Counted from the stretch's first letter, positions 14,728-28,163 are shown. The stretch: DNA of 64,000 nt from Eledone cirrhosa (GCA_964016885.1 OZ024754.1:12028001-12092000), one strand, 5' to 3'. Notes: generated from the sequence alone by a model not told the origin. Made by a program: numbers and translations.

Positions 14728-15152
14728 CCTTGTCTGGCTTTCTGGAGAATAGAGGAAAGGTGTTTCCTCAAAAACCAGTATGACTCTAAAAACCGGTTTG
14801 TCTGTGTGTTTACATACAGAATAGCTGGCCACTCACAGTAAAGTGATCAGTGAAAAAAAAACTTGGTACATCTACATATGTATACGTGTGTGTATTCATA
14901 TACATACTAGTATTTCAGTATACATATATGGATGTACATCTTTGACTTAATTGTTTGAGCGTCAGTCATACAAAAGTGAGTTACAAACGAAACGAAATTT
15001 AATTTCGTTTCGTTATTTGTTTTTATCGTCTCCGTTGAACCGGTACTTACTCACACTCTATGCAAGTTGGTCTGCCCACTACTAATTTTCATAGAAAAAG
15101 CATATAGCGATATGTGCTTTTACGATTCTCTAGAGAGGCCGGAAGATAGGTA

Positions 15153-15197
15153 AATATTGCTGATGAGTTGTAACAACAACGAAACTAGTTCAATACT
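15153..15197 (+). ncRNA. Type I hammerhead ribozyme, unit 5
   Basis: One stem I mismatch (caatact instead of caatatt). Confidence 0.85.
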
Positions 15198-15622
15198 CCT
15201 TGTCTGGCTTTCTGGAGAATAGAGGAAAGGTGTTTCCTCAAAAACCAGTATGACTCTAAAAACCGGTTTGTCTGTGTGTTTACATACAGAATAGCTGGCC
15301 ACTCACAGTAAAGTGATCAGTGAAAAAAAAACTTGGTACATCTACATATGTATACGTGTGTGTATTCATATACATACTAGTATTTCAGTATACATATATG
15401 GATGTACATCTTTGACTTAATTGTTTGAGCGTCAGTCATACAAAAGTGAGTTACAAACGAAACGAAATTTAATTTCGTTTCGTTATTTGTTTTTATCGTC
15501 TCCGTTGAACCGGTACTTACTCACACTCTATGCAAGTTGGTCTGCCCACTACTAATTTTCATAGAAAAAGCATATAGCGATATGTGCTTTTACGATTCTC
15601 TAGAGAGGCCGGAAGATAGGTA

Positions 15623-15667
15623 AATATTGCTGATGAGTTGTAACAACAACGAAACTAGTTCAATATT
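15623..15667 (+). ncRNA. Type I hammerhead ribozyme, unit 6
   Basis: Identical to unit 1. Confidence 0.9.
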
Positions 15668-16093
15668 CCTTGTCTGGCTTTCTGGAGAATAGAGGAAAGG
15701 TGTTTCCTCAAAAACCAGTATGACTCTAAAAACCGGTTTGTCTGTGTGTTTACATACAGAATAGCTGGCCACTCACAGTAAAGTGATCAGTGAAAAAAAA
15801 AACTTGGTACATCTACATATGTATACGTGTGTGTATTCATATACATACTAGTATTTCAGTATACATATATGGATGTACATCTTTGACTTAATTGTTTGAG
15901 CGTCAGTCATACAAAAGTGAGTTACAAACGAAACGAAATTTAATTTCGTTTCGTTATTTGTTTTTATCGTCTCCGTTGAACCGGTACTTACTCACACTCT
16001 ATGCAAGTTGGTCTGCCCACTACTAATTTTCATAGAAAAAGCATATAGCGATATGTGCTTTTACGATTCTCTAGAGAGGCCGGAAGATAGGTA

Positions 16094-16138
16094 AATATTG
16101 CTGATGAGTTGTAACAACAACGAAACTAGTTCAATATT
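16094..16138 (+). ncRNA. Type I hammerhead ribozyme, unit 7
   Basis: Identical to unit 1. Confidence 0.9.
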
Positions 16139-16543
16139 CCTTGTCTGGCTTTCTGGAGAATAGAGGAAAGGTGTTTCCTCAAAAACCAGTATGACTCTAA
16201 AAACCGGTTTGTCTGTGTGTTTACATACAGAATAGCTGGCCACTCACAGTAAAGTGATCAGTGAAAAAAAAACTTGGTACATCTACATATGTATACGTGT
16301 GTGTATTCATATACATACTAGTATTTCAGTATACATATATGGATGTACATCTTTGACTTAATTGTTTGAGCGTCAGTCATACAAAAGTGAGTTACAAACG
16401 AAACGAAATTTAATTTCGTTTCGTTATTTGTTTTTATACATATATATATATATATATACACACACATACACCTAAATATACATACACACACACACACACA
16501 TACATAGACATACATGTACGTACACATACGTACATCGATATTC

Positions 16544-16578
<35 letters not shown>

Positions 16579-16850
16579 GACATATACATACATACACACA
16601 CAACTTACATACACACATATATATACATGTATATTCATACATAGAATTAGATATATAATCATACATACATATGCACTTACTTATACTCATATATAGAAAT
16701 ACATACGCATCCATATATGCGTATATACATAAAAAACCACTACAACCTCACCTAACTCAGACATACAAATAAAAATAATAATAAAAAGGCATATGTATAT
16801 ACATACACACACGCATTAATAGAGATATATATATACACACATACATACAC

Positions 16851-16883
<33 letters not shown>

Positions 16884-17151
16884 TATATATATATACACAC
16901 ATACACTCATACATATATATATATATATACATAGATACTCACACACTCATACCACCATAAATACACATACAAACACCCACATATACATATATATACACAC
17001 GTATATATATATATATATATATACACACACATAAAAAACAGACATGCACATATATATATATTTTTTTACACTTATATATACACATATTATATACACATAC
17101 ACAACCTCACTTATACACACATACACATAAGTTATATTATAATAATAAAAA

Positions 17152-17192
<41 letters not shown>

Positions 17193-17300
17193 TATATATA
17201 TATATATACACACACATACATACATATACATACATACATATAAACATATACATACATAAATACACACATACGAATATAGACATATATTCACACATAGACA

Positions 17301-17362
<62 letters not shown>

Positions 17363-17393
17363 TACATATACACAGACACATATACACACTCAC

Positions 17394-17426
<33 letters not shown>

Positions 17427-18109
17427 CACACACACATATATACACACATACACATACATACACATAAACACATATATGTGCATACATGCACACACACACA
17501 CATATGTCACATAGATACGAAGATAGACATATAAATAGAGAGACATACATATATATACAACACACATACACACACATACATACACACGTATATACATATA
17601 CATATATATATACATATATATATTCCTATATATACATGCATACATATATATACACACATATACACATACATACACATATACATACACACATTCACATACA
17701 CATACATATATACATGCATATATAATATATACATACATACACACACTCATATATACACACACAATCTTACATTCATATTTGCATGCGCATATATGTATTT
17801 TTATATTTAGATATAAATACCCAAACCTATATAGACACCTACCTACATATATATTCATACATAGACGCTTACAAATACAGATGATAATAGTATGGGGGAA
17901 AGGGGGGGTTTGGAGAAGGGGATCAAAGTAAATATATGTTTCAAGAAACATAGAATATTTTCCGTATCTTTATCCAATGTATGTTCTTACATATTTTCAG
18001 TGTTAGGAAATACTACAAACAAGAACTAAGGCAAAATCTATGCATCTCAAAACAAACAAGTATACCATTAATCATATGTTAACTAAACCAAAGATAGTCA
18101 ATATATTGA

Positions 18110-19130
18110 TTTCTAAGGTGTAAATTAGTTAGGTTTATAATATTTGAAGCAGAATTTTGAAGTTAAACAGTAGTAGAGTATTAATTACAGTATAACTAAA
18201 TTAAAGTTAATAACGTTATGGTATCAATATTAGGAAATGAATTTAGTAATAGGGGAAAAAAAAAAAAAAAAAAAAAAAAACCCAAATAAAAATAAAATAA
18301 AGTATTACATCGGTAGTAGAATATAAATTATAGGTTAACTAAATTAAAAATTATATATTTATTTCAATAGTATATGTTAATTAGGTATACAATACATAAA
18401 GCAGATATTGTATTTCATCAATAGCATAATATAATTATATGCAAATAGAAATCAAAATTAATACGCATACATATACATATACATACACATACATATATAC
18501 ATATATACACACATATATATATATATATACATATATACACATATACATACACACACACATACACATATACATATACATATACATATCTTTTTCAAAAAAT
18601 TGCATAGAATATATTAACTAGGTATATATCCAAAACACATCCCATTCTATGATTACATGACATTCTGCAATTCGTCTGTATAAGGATACTAATTTTAAGC
18701 AAATTAAAATTAAAATTTTTAGGTTGATTAAAACTAAAACCAAATTATAAATATATTTCTAAAATGTATATTAATTAGGTCTATAATACTAAAAATTATT
18801 TCTCTGTCATTGGATACACGATATTATTTTGTTATATTTTATCTGTAAAAGAATTATAATAAAAAGAATTATAATAAAAGGTTTAAATAAATTAAAATTA
18901 ATCTATAAATTAAATTACTAAGTATATATTAGTAATATTTAAAGGTTTTTCACAATTTATGATTACATAATATTTTATATTCTCATCTGTAATAAAATTT
19001 TAATTAAATTAAATTTATAGGTTAACTAACATTTAAATTAAATTAATTTCTAAAATAATGTTATTAATTAGGTTTATAATATTTAAATGTTTTTTTTAGT
19101 TTATGATTACACGATATAATTAATTCCTGT
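18110..19130 (-). repeat. Degenerate ~150-bp tandem copies of the ORF 3' end
   Basis: Variants of ttaattaggt(t/c)tataat and tatgattaca recur near 18123, 18376, 18613, 18770, 18911-18957 and 19064-19101. Confidence 0.6.
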
Positions 19131-20686
19131 CGTTTATTTAATAAGATATCCTTAGACTTCATTATTTCAAATAGTTCTTGGGAACATAATCTACATTCAT
19201 TTCTATTATTTTGATAAGGGGTGGCTCTTTTGAGCACACTCCAGGTCAAATCATATTTTATATTCTTATTTTTATAACTATTGATTTTTTCTGCTAGAGA
19301 TGTTGTATTAGCCAGTGCGGCATTTTTAAAACTATGCTTGTGGGTATTAAACCTTGTCTTAAAATTGTTAGATGTAGCTCCTATATATGAGCAAATAGAA
19401 TCTTTAGTTTTAACATTACATTTATAGACTATGTTGTTAACAAGACAATTCCCTTTTAATGGGCAGTTTGCTTTGTTTCTACAGTTACATCCTTTCGTTA
19501 ATTCTGTATTTGAGGAGATATTATGGTTAATTTGATGTACTGGTGGTATACTTATGGTTTTCTTACATTTATATGCATTATATGCACTTATATTTTGTTT
19601 TATGTTATTTGTTGTAGAGTATGAGAATTTAACTGTAGACCTATTTAAGATTTGATGGTATTTGTGGTTTGGCGGGAAGTTTTTCTCAAGGATATAAAAA
19701 AATTTTTTAGCAATATTATCCTTAACTTGTAAATTAAAAGGAGCATTATACCAAGTAACCCGTCTATTACGGTTTCTATGTTGTTTATTATTTTTATTAT
19801 TTTTATAGGTTGTATCGTGATTTTTACTAGGAGGATTAATGTTAATGATCTCACCACAACTATTTTTAGTTATATTTGTAGATTTAGGTGTTTTATCCTT
19901 TTTATTAGGAGTTTTATTATTAATATTTATTATAGTTGTATGATGAGTAGTTTTTTTAGAGTTACTATACTTTATATTAGAAGATTTGGTATTTTGGGGT
20001 ATAGTGTGGGTGGCATTTAGGTGTGTACTTTTCATTTGGTGTTTGTTGGTAATATTATGTTGTATGCTTTCAGTATTTTTAGTAGAAGGTATATACTCTA
20101 ATCTATTTTTGTGGCCACTTCTATCTAGAGCTTCGTTATAGAAGGTCGCATTTTTATCAAATACATCTTGGTTAGAAGAAAGGTTAGAAATTCTAAGTGA
20201 TATATTATATGCAAGGTTTTTAAGGATAGATTTAGGGTGATTAGATTGTGAGTGTATGTAATGTAAGTTTTGGTTAGGTTTATGGTAAGGTTGGTAGATA
20301 CCCGTAGCTAAATCTAAAGTTATATCTAGGAAATTTACTACTTTACTTGTTTTTTCAAAAGTAATATTAAGATTATAATAGTCTTTAAGGAAAGTTCTAA
20401 TATGTTTTTTGTTTTTTTCAATTTCTGAAAGGCTAAGGTTGTTAGAAAGAAGAAGACAGTCATCACGATATAAACCACCTTTGAGGTGGGGAAAAGAGGC
20501 ATTTATGTTGAAAAGGAGAAAGAGGCCCACAAGATCAGTAATTTGGGCGGAATCGCTTGAACCCATAGTAATATCAAAAAGATTACTGTATGTGTTTCTG
20601 GTCCAGTATTCATTCTGAAATTCAATAAGTGTTAGTCTAGCATGTGTAATAATGTTAATGTCATCCAAAGTTAAGTTAGATCTATT
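19064..20686 (-). CDS. Penelope-like retroelement RT + GIY-YIG endonuclease (Naiad-like), 5'-truncated, uninterrupted frame
   Basis: ITMGSSDSAQITDLVGL, GGLYRDD (RT), VNFLDITLDL..YHKPN..YIH..SNHP (thumb), TWYNAPF, CNCR..CPLKGNC, IVYKC..YIGAT..FKTR..H..SF (GIY-YIG), CRLC..E..LLNKRQE..SCNH; no ATG, frame is cut by the inverted arm at ~20687. Confidence 0.93.
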   Translation of the reverse strand, partial: NRSNLTLDDINIITHARLTLIEFQNEYWTRNTYSNLFDITMGSSDSAQITDLVGLFLLFNINASFPHLKGGLYRDDCLLLSNNLSLSEIEKNKKHIRTFLKDYYNLNITFEKTSKVVNFLDITLDLATGIYQPYHKPNQNLHYIHSQSNHPKSILKNLAYNISLRISNLSSNQDVFDKNATFYNEALDRSGHKNRLEYIPSTKNTESIQHNITNKHQMKSTHLNATHTIPQNTKSSNIKYSNSKKTTHHTTIININNKTPNKKDKTPKSTNITKNSCGEIININPPSKNHDTTYKNNKNNKQHRNRNRRVTWYNAPFNLQVKDNIAKKFFYILEKNFPPNHKYHQILNRSTVKFSYSTTNNIKQNISAYNAYKCKKTISIPPVHQINHNISSNTELTKGCNCRNKANCPLKGNCLVNNIVYKCNVKTKDSICSYIGATSNNFKTRFNTHKHSFKNAALANTTSLAEKINSYKNKNIKYDLTWSVLKRATPYQNNRNECRLCSQELFEIMKSKDILLNKRQELIISCNHKLKKTFKYYKPN

Positions 20687-21582
20687 TGTGTGTATATATA
20701 TATATATATTTATTTTCTTGATATATTTCTTTTTTCTTTTTTCTTTTTTCTTTTTTCTGTTTTTCTTTCTACTCTTTCCTCTTTAATGTTTTATTTATTA
20801 TATTTTATTTTATTATTTTATTATTTTTTTATTTTCCTTAGTTTATAGATACATTTATATTAGGCAGTCTGCTCAGACAGTTGAATACTGACCCCCCCCC
20901 CCCCTCCCACCTAATTTCTGTATCTTGATCTAAAAATGTGTGTGCCAGTGTTTTATGTGAGTGAATTAATATCCATGTGCTTATGATTTTATATCCACAT
21001 ATATAAATGTGAGTGGGGGTGTGTGTGTGTTTGTATGTTCGTGGTTATGTGTATATTTATGCATATACGCGCGTGTATGTGTGATTGTACGGATATGTGT
21101 GAGTATGAAAAAATATATTTATATACTTGACTCCATAAGTGTCAATGCGCCTCTTATCTGCGCATTGTAAACTTACAGAGACATTAACCTTGAAATTTTG
21201 TATTTGCATCCATCCTTTTAGTATGCGTATACAAATTATACATACATTTTTGTAAAATATGTGTAAGGGTTTTACATGTATATACACACACCGAACTGCA
21301 TTTAACCCTTTGTGTTTTCATTGGTCAATTTTGAACTGAAATTTTGAATTGTTGTTATTATCAATAAATATACTTCATTATTTCTGAAGACGGCGTATAT
21401 ATGTGTTTGGTATGTATATTTAATCTTGATAATTTGTATAATTTTGTATAATTTTGTACATAGATCTGTTGAATATGCATACCAATTCTAACACATATAT
21501 ATCCTAGAAACGATCGTTAAATAATGAACTTTTTTTGTTTAATATAAGGAATTGTTTATTCATTATTTGTTTAATATTTTAT
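20687..21582 (+). repeat. Right inverted arm (inverted pLTR), followed by unique tail to ~21715
   Basis: Reverse complement of 11264-12186. Confidence 0.95.
21374..21528 (+). ncRNA. Hammerhead ribozyme with ~116-nt stem II
   Basis: TTCATTATTT-CTGAAGA-[long hairpin]-GAAA-CGATCG-TT-AAATAATGAA; perfect 10-bp stem I; stem II pairs tatatatgtgtt/aacacatatata and tggtatgtatatttaa/ttgaatatgcatacca. Confidence 0.75.
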
Positions 21583-21715
21583 CTTGACTCTGTATACCGT
21601 TTATCTTTCACCGAAAGTGGTTTTTCATTACATCTCTTCTTTCCATGATATCCGGAATACATTGAGTTCTTCATACGGATTGGACACTACCGTAAACTCT
21701 TGGTAGATTTATCTA

Positions 21716-22210
<495 letters not shown>

Positions 22211-22974
22211 AGTATCAGCAGAAAATGAACACAGAAAAAGAGTTACATAAAACGAACAGACAACTGCATCTTACTTAATCAGCCACCTTCTAGCTTGCAA
22301 TTTCGCGCATTAATGTCATATGTATACATACATGTGTGCATACATACATACGCACACACGCGCGAACACACACAGATAGACACTCACACACACACACATA
22401 TATATACGCATATATATATATATATATACACATAAGAAGGAAGAGAGAGAAAGAGAGAGAGAGGGAGAGAGAAGGGGTCCTGTTCGGAGATGAAGCGGGG
22501 GGGGGGGAGGGGGTAAGTGCATTTCCATACCCCCGATAAATACGGCCCTGCCCACTGGCCCTTAAATCCTAACAGTCATAGGAGTATTTAAACCTGGTGA
22601 AGCCCATTCTTCAATAGGCATGAAGACAGCACATTACTTCCGGAGAAGAAACCAATAAAATCAACCAGCTAATCGTTATTGATAGAAATACCGTCTGATA
22701 ATTCATGGGTTTTTCTTTAGTTTGCATTTCTTACGAGAGATGACATTTCCAGAAGAGCTTTGCAAAGGAAACTTGTTCTAAACATACAAGTTTTATATGA
22801 AACGGATGAGAAAGACGAACGCAATAATACGTATGTATAATTTAATATAATAAAGAGAGACGTACACATATTTGCAAGAGATGTCAACATGAATGGGCCT
22901 GTTATTTTTATCTAAAGACATTTTTTCCGATTCCATCCCGCCCGTCCCCTCAATCTATCTTATTTCTCATTCTT

Positions 22975-23010
22975 TCTTCTGATGAAGGACTAGCGTCCGA
23001 AACGTTAAGA
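22975..23010 (+). ncRNA. Minimal type I hammerhead ribozyme
   Basis: TCTT-CTGATGA-a-GGAC-tagc-GTCC-GAAA-CGTT-AAGA; related truncated or degenerate copies at ~39115-39152 and ~51922-51948. Confidence 0.8.
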
Positions 23011-23094
23011 CCCTCTTCCTGCTATATCAAGCGTTAACCTAATATATACCTTCCATATACTATATCGATTGTGTTGTTGTTTCTGTTTACATTT

Positions 23095-23133
<39 letters not shown>

Positions 23134-23299
23134 GTTGAAATCATAAGGGACCATAAGGGACCTTTTAATTGAGCCAAGCAAACCGTATTGTTCATAGTTA
23201 GTATCTTATTCACCCTAGCGAATCTAGTCCCTTATGATTTGAACACATATATGTATATATCTGAGTTTATCTCTCTTTATTATATTAAATTATATTATC

Positions 23300-23408
23300 A
23301 AATCCCGCCGAGGTTAACTTTGCCTTTCATCCTTACGGAGTCGATAAAATAAAGTACCAGTAATACATTGGGTAATTGCTGGCCTTGTGCCAAAAGAAGA
23401 AACAATTA
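23300..23408 (+). mobile_element. SINE family 1, 3' half
   Basis: aaatcccgccgaggttaactttgcctttcatcc...gaaacaatt. Confidence 0.8.
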
Positions 23409-23544
23409 TATTAAATTATATTATAAGGCTCGGAAAATTTTTTTTCCTTGAGCTATTTTAATTATAAGGGACTATTGTGAGTTTTTAACTCGATATATAC
23501 TCTTGATATATATGTATGTATGCATGTATATATGTATCTATGTC

Positions 23545-24176
23545 AGGTCACCACTTGGTGTATTATGTCAGGTCACCACTTGGTGCTACTGGTAACATGT
23601 ATCCCAGTACAACCTGTCTCATGGTCGGGTCGTTGGCGACTAAACTGGCAACCCCACCAAGGTTTCTTGGTGAGGAGGGTGACTTTGGACATCCTGCAGG
23701 ACTAAAAACAAAATCTGTCAAAGGGCAAAGGAGCTCTTAAGAGTCAATGGCCATCCAAAATCACTGGGAGAGATGACCCCTTAGCCTTTGTCAAGGCAGA
23801 ATTCTAGGAGAAGGAAAACTCTGATATAACACCTGCAACCCTGATGGTATCCAATGATGTTGACTTGTTCTTCTTTTTGGTAAATATCATCTTGGTTAAG
23901 AGAGTGGGACTGGCTTTGTGCAGTGCCTTTGCTCACTATAAAAGCTTCACGGCACAGGCATTGCTTTATATCTGGAGATCTCTCTGCACTTGTCGTCACA
24001 TGGTACCATGGGCCCAGCACTATGTGTCAATAATTGTCACAAGTATAGTGTTTGTACCAGAGTTTTCAAGTCGCTGGCTGGACTAAAAAGTCACACTCGT
24101 TCAGCGCATCGGTAGGGGTTCTCCTACATGGATATAAAGTAGTGGCCGTACTCGAAAACAAGTTGGCAGCCACCAT
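23545..24176 (+). mobile_element. Dispersed repeat ending in (TATG)n; second copy at 55536-55933
   Basis: 23766-24175 nearly identical to 55536-55933; class not determined (retroposon-like tail). Confidence 0.7.
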
Positions 24177-24217
24177 GTATCTATGTATATATGTATCTAT
24201 GTATATATATTTATTTG

Positions 24218-24378
24218 TGAAGGCGCGTGGCTGAGTGGTTAGAGAATTGGATTTGCAATCGTGAAGTTGTGAATTCGATTCTCGGACCGGTAAAGTCACT
24301 TTATTTCACGTTTCTTCTTCTACCTGGAGTTGTGACATATAGTTAGTATTAGCAATTGGAAAGACCAATAGAAACATT
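24218..24378 (+). mobile_element. tRNA-derived SINE family 2
   Basis: A box tggctgagtgg, B-box-like gaattcgattc; related copies at 50374-50470, 50565-50740 and 60195-60303 (-). Confidence 0.75.
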
Positions 24379-24473
24379 TGACAAAAGTCTCTGTATGTAT
24401 TTGTGTGTGTATGTATTGTAGAAAATTGTTTTTTTTTCTAAAAATTTCTACAAATTATTTCATACTTGACGAC

Positions 24474-24540
<67 letters not shown>

Positions 24541-24714
24541 GTATATATATCTTCTCTATAAAAACCGACATTGATGCGAGACAAAAATATCAAACAGTAT
24601 GGTGTATGATATTTCCTCTAAACAGCGAACGAAACATGTTCAATATTCTAATTATGACATTAATCATGTCCACCGCCATTCCATAATTAACCTTTTAAAA
24701 TATCATTATTGCCG

Positions 24715-24853
<139 letters not shown>

Positions 24854-24887
24854 CACATATATATATATATATATGTATATATATACA

Positions 24888-25017
<130 letters not shown>

Positions 25018-25025
25018 TATACATC

Positions 25026-25063
<38 letters not shown>

Positions 25064-25762
25064 TACATATATATATATATATATATATACATATATATAT
25101 ACATAGTGAAAAATTGAACGGGAACAAAACAGAGAGGCAGTACAAACAAAATATATATATACATATATATATACGCACATACACACACACACACGCATGT
25201 ATATATATATATATATGTATGTCAATTAGTGTTAATATTTTAATTAAAACGAATGACCTCATCAGTTGATTAAAATTGTAATTAGCATAGTTTTTCATTA
25301 ATCTATAGTGGTTTCTCGAAGGTGAATAATGCAGCGAGGAGTCGGTAGCAAGTATGAATAACATCAATGGAGAAAGAAGGAATAATACAAGTCAAAGAGT
25401 TCGAGGAAAAATTCACATTCACATGATTGCTTACACATACTCAAACACACACATACACACACACATATATACACATACAGACATACACATATGCACATAT
25501 ACACATATACACACATATACACAAACACACACATACACACTCACATACATACACATCCACATACACACACACACACATACACACATATACACATATACAC
25601 ACATATACGCATATACACACATATACACACATATACATAAACACACACATACACACTCACATACATACACATCCACATACACACACATACACATACACAT
25701 ATACACACATATACGCATATACACACATATACACACACATACACAATCACACACATACACAC

Positions 25763-25799
<37 letters not shown>

Positions 25800-25800
25800 T

Positions 25801-25831
<31 letters not shown>

Positions 25832-25882
25832 CACATATACACACATATACGCATATACACACATATACACACATATACACAA

Positions 25883-25969
<87 letters not shown>

Positions 25970-26038
25970 TACATATACTCGCGATATTTTGCTTGCCTGA
26001 ATAAATATGCGTTATTCATCTGTTCTTATGTGCGTCAT

Positions 26039-26102
<64 letters not shown>

Positions 26103-26316
26103 GAGAAGAATGAATACTGCGTGGTTGCACATGGGTTACATATAATAAAAAGTCCTTCGTCACTGATTTTCCAACCTTCATTGGTATTTCATCGCTTTAA
26201 AAATCATATACCTCCGGTTGGTGCGAGCAATAGCTAAATAAAGCTATTGGGACAAGTAAATCGCGTAAAGCGAGCGAGACAAATAAACAAACATAGAAGG
26301 ATTGATAGCAACGCAA

Positions 26317-26395
<79 letters not shown>

Positions 26396-26399
26396 GATT

Positions 26400-26941
26400 T
26401 TGAGTTTATGTTGGTTGTATACCAACACCTCAGTATGCAGGCTGGAGCACTCGACGAAGTGCGCAGGTTGGTTTGGTTACTCCGGAGTAGTGTAAAATAA
26501 AGTTAAATAAAAGTCAAATGATTAAAATTTAGCTTCGTTTATTACTGCTATATATATTTCAGTGACAGCCATCTTTGGCTGTGACCTCTTCAGGCAGTTT
26601 GAATTAGTATGGTATAGACAAGTACATATGTTGTTTAGGTGTATGATATTGTCAATACTCTGATATGCCCAGTTCCTTGTTGGGTTGTTAATTCACTGGG
26701 GAACTGGAGTCATATCTGATATGACTCCAGTTCCCCAGTGAATTAACAACCCAACAAGGAACTGGGCATATCAGAGTATTGACAATATCATACACCTAAA
26801 CAACATATGTACTTGTCTATACCATACTAATTCAAACTGCCTGAAGAGGTCACAGCCAAAGATGGCTGTCACTGAAATATATATAGCAGTAATAAACGAA
26901 GCTAAATTTTAATCATTTGACTTTTATTTAACTTTATTTTA
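26400..26941. mobile_element. Palindromic pLTR element: 224-bp arms (26493-26941, centre 26717) plus left tail
   Basis: Arms appear exactly complementary around gatatg; HHR on each strand; (TA)n flanks. Confidence 0.9.
26836..26890 (+). ncRNA. Hammerhead ribozyme (mirror copy 26544-26598 -)
   Basis: ACTGC-CTGAAGA-ggtc-ACAGCCA-aaga-TGGCTGT-cact-GAAA-tatatat-a-GCAGT. Confidence 0.75.
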
Positions 26942-27523
26942 TATATATACATATATATATATATATATACAATACATTAACAGAGAAAGCTTTAAGCTAT
27001 ACTCTGACTGGCTACCAACTTACTCAACAAACATTAGGATATACCTTAGTATAATCCCAATTTTACGTTTGGGGTGCTAACTATATGTATTTTGCGGAAA
27101 GCCAGTTGTATTATTTTATATGAGACATAATTAAAATATATCTCCCTTTCCAAACAATTGTTTCATTATAAGTTTTCTACAAGTTGGGAGAATGTGTCCG
27201 GGTTATGTAGAAACCTGCACATATTCCGTAGGAATATATACAGGTGGGCACTTATAAATCATCAGTGGATGCCCGTCAAACATCGATATAAAAAAACTCT
27301 CTTACCGATGTCTAATCCCATGTCAGCGATGGTCCCTCTCCACATCAGAATGACCGCCAAATTTGAAATTCCAGCAGTCTCAGAATGAGGAATCTCACAG
27401 CGTCATGAAGCGGAAAGGGGAGGTCATCGCGAAACACAAGAAAGTAAAATAATTTACACGCGGGTCAATTAATTTTTTTCAACAATTTTAACCCTGCGTG
27501 TATATATATATTTCGTTTCATAA

Positions 27524-27591
<68 letters not shown>

Positions 27592-27730
27592 TTTCATTTT
27601 TTCCGTTTATATATAAATATATATATATATATATATTATACATATATATGTATGTATATATATACATATGTATGTATATATATATATATATATATATACA
27701 TATTCATACATACATAAATGCGACTCTATT

Positions 27731-28163
27731 TCTAGGGCGGGTAAAATTCCCGAGATCCATGGACGAGTTCTCTCCAGCGGTCTCTGTCCCTCATTATCGC
27801 TGCCATGTCCTGCGTCTCCAACAGACCAGAGTCTGTCTTTAGGGCATCATCATATGTTAACCTCGGTCTACCTCTGTCCATGCAGTGTGTCCATGCAGGG
27901 GCTCCCACAGGAGCACTGAGTGCAATGTCAACTCTGGATGTCGGTGAGCATGTCCAGTTAACCTCAATCTCCTCTGTGTCACTTTTGAGCTGACTTTTGG
28001 GAGGCTCCCGTACAGCTCTGAGTTTTTCATCTTCAGTGTATACTGATTAATGTTCAGAGCCATCCTCAGCATTCTCGTGTAGCACCCATCCACCATCTGA
28101 GTGAGTTTCTTGGTCAGTGTCCAAGTCTCAGACCCGTACAGCAGAACATGACTCCACTACAGG
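27731..28163 (-). mobile_element. RTE-like LINE 3' end (degraded ORF C-terminus)
   Basis: LLYGSETWTLT..MVDGCYTRMLRMALNI..RRLRL.GH..RH..VLLWEP. Confidence 0.85.

Larger units (their letters stand above)
13211..16437 (+). repeat. 470-bp tandem array, ~6.9 near-identical units, each with a hammerhead ribozyme (retrozyme-like)
   Basis: Units start 13211, 13680, 14150, 14620, 15090, 15560, 16031; differences seen are poly-A length and two substitutions. Confidence 0.95.

Noticed and set aside
13241-16243. Seven repeated 60-aa ORFs (MASYSVCK...)
   Set aside because: GTG start, no recognisable motif; they are the antisense reading of the ribozyme-bearing repeat unit.
13211-16437. CRISPR-like array
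   Set aside because: Units are identical along their full length with no unique spacers and no cas genes; eukaryotic context. The same applies to the 140-bp, 189-bp and 46-bp arrays.
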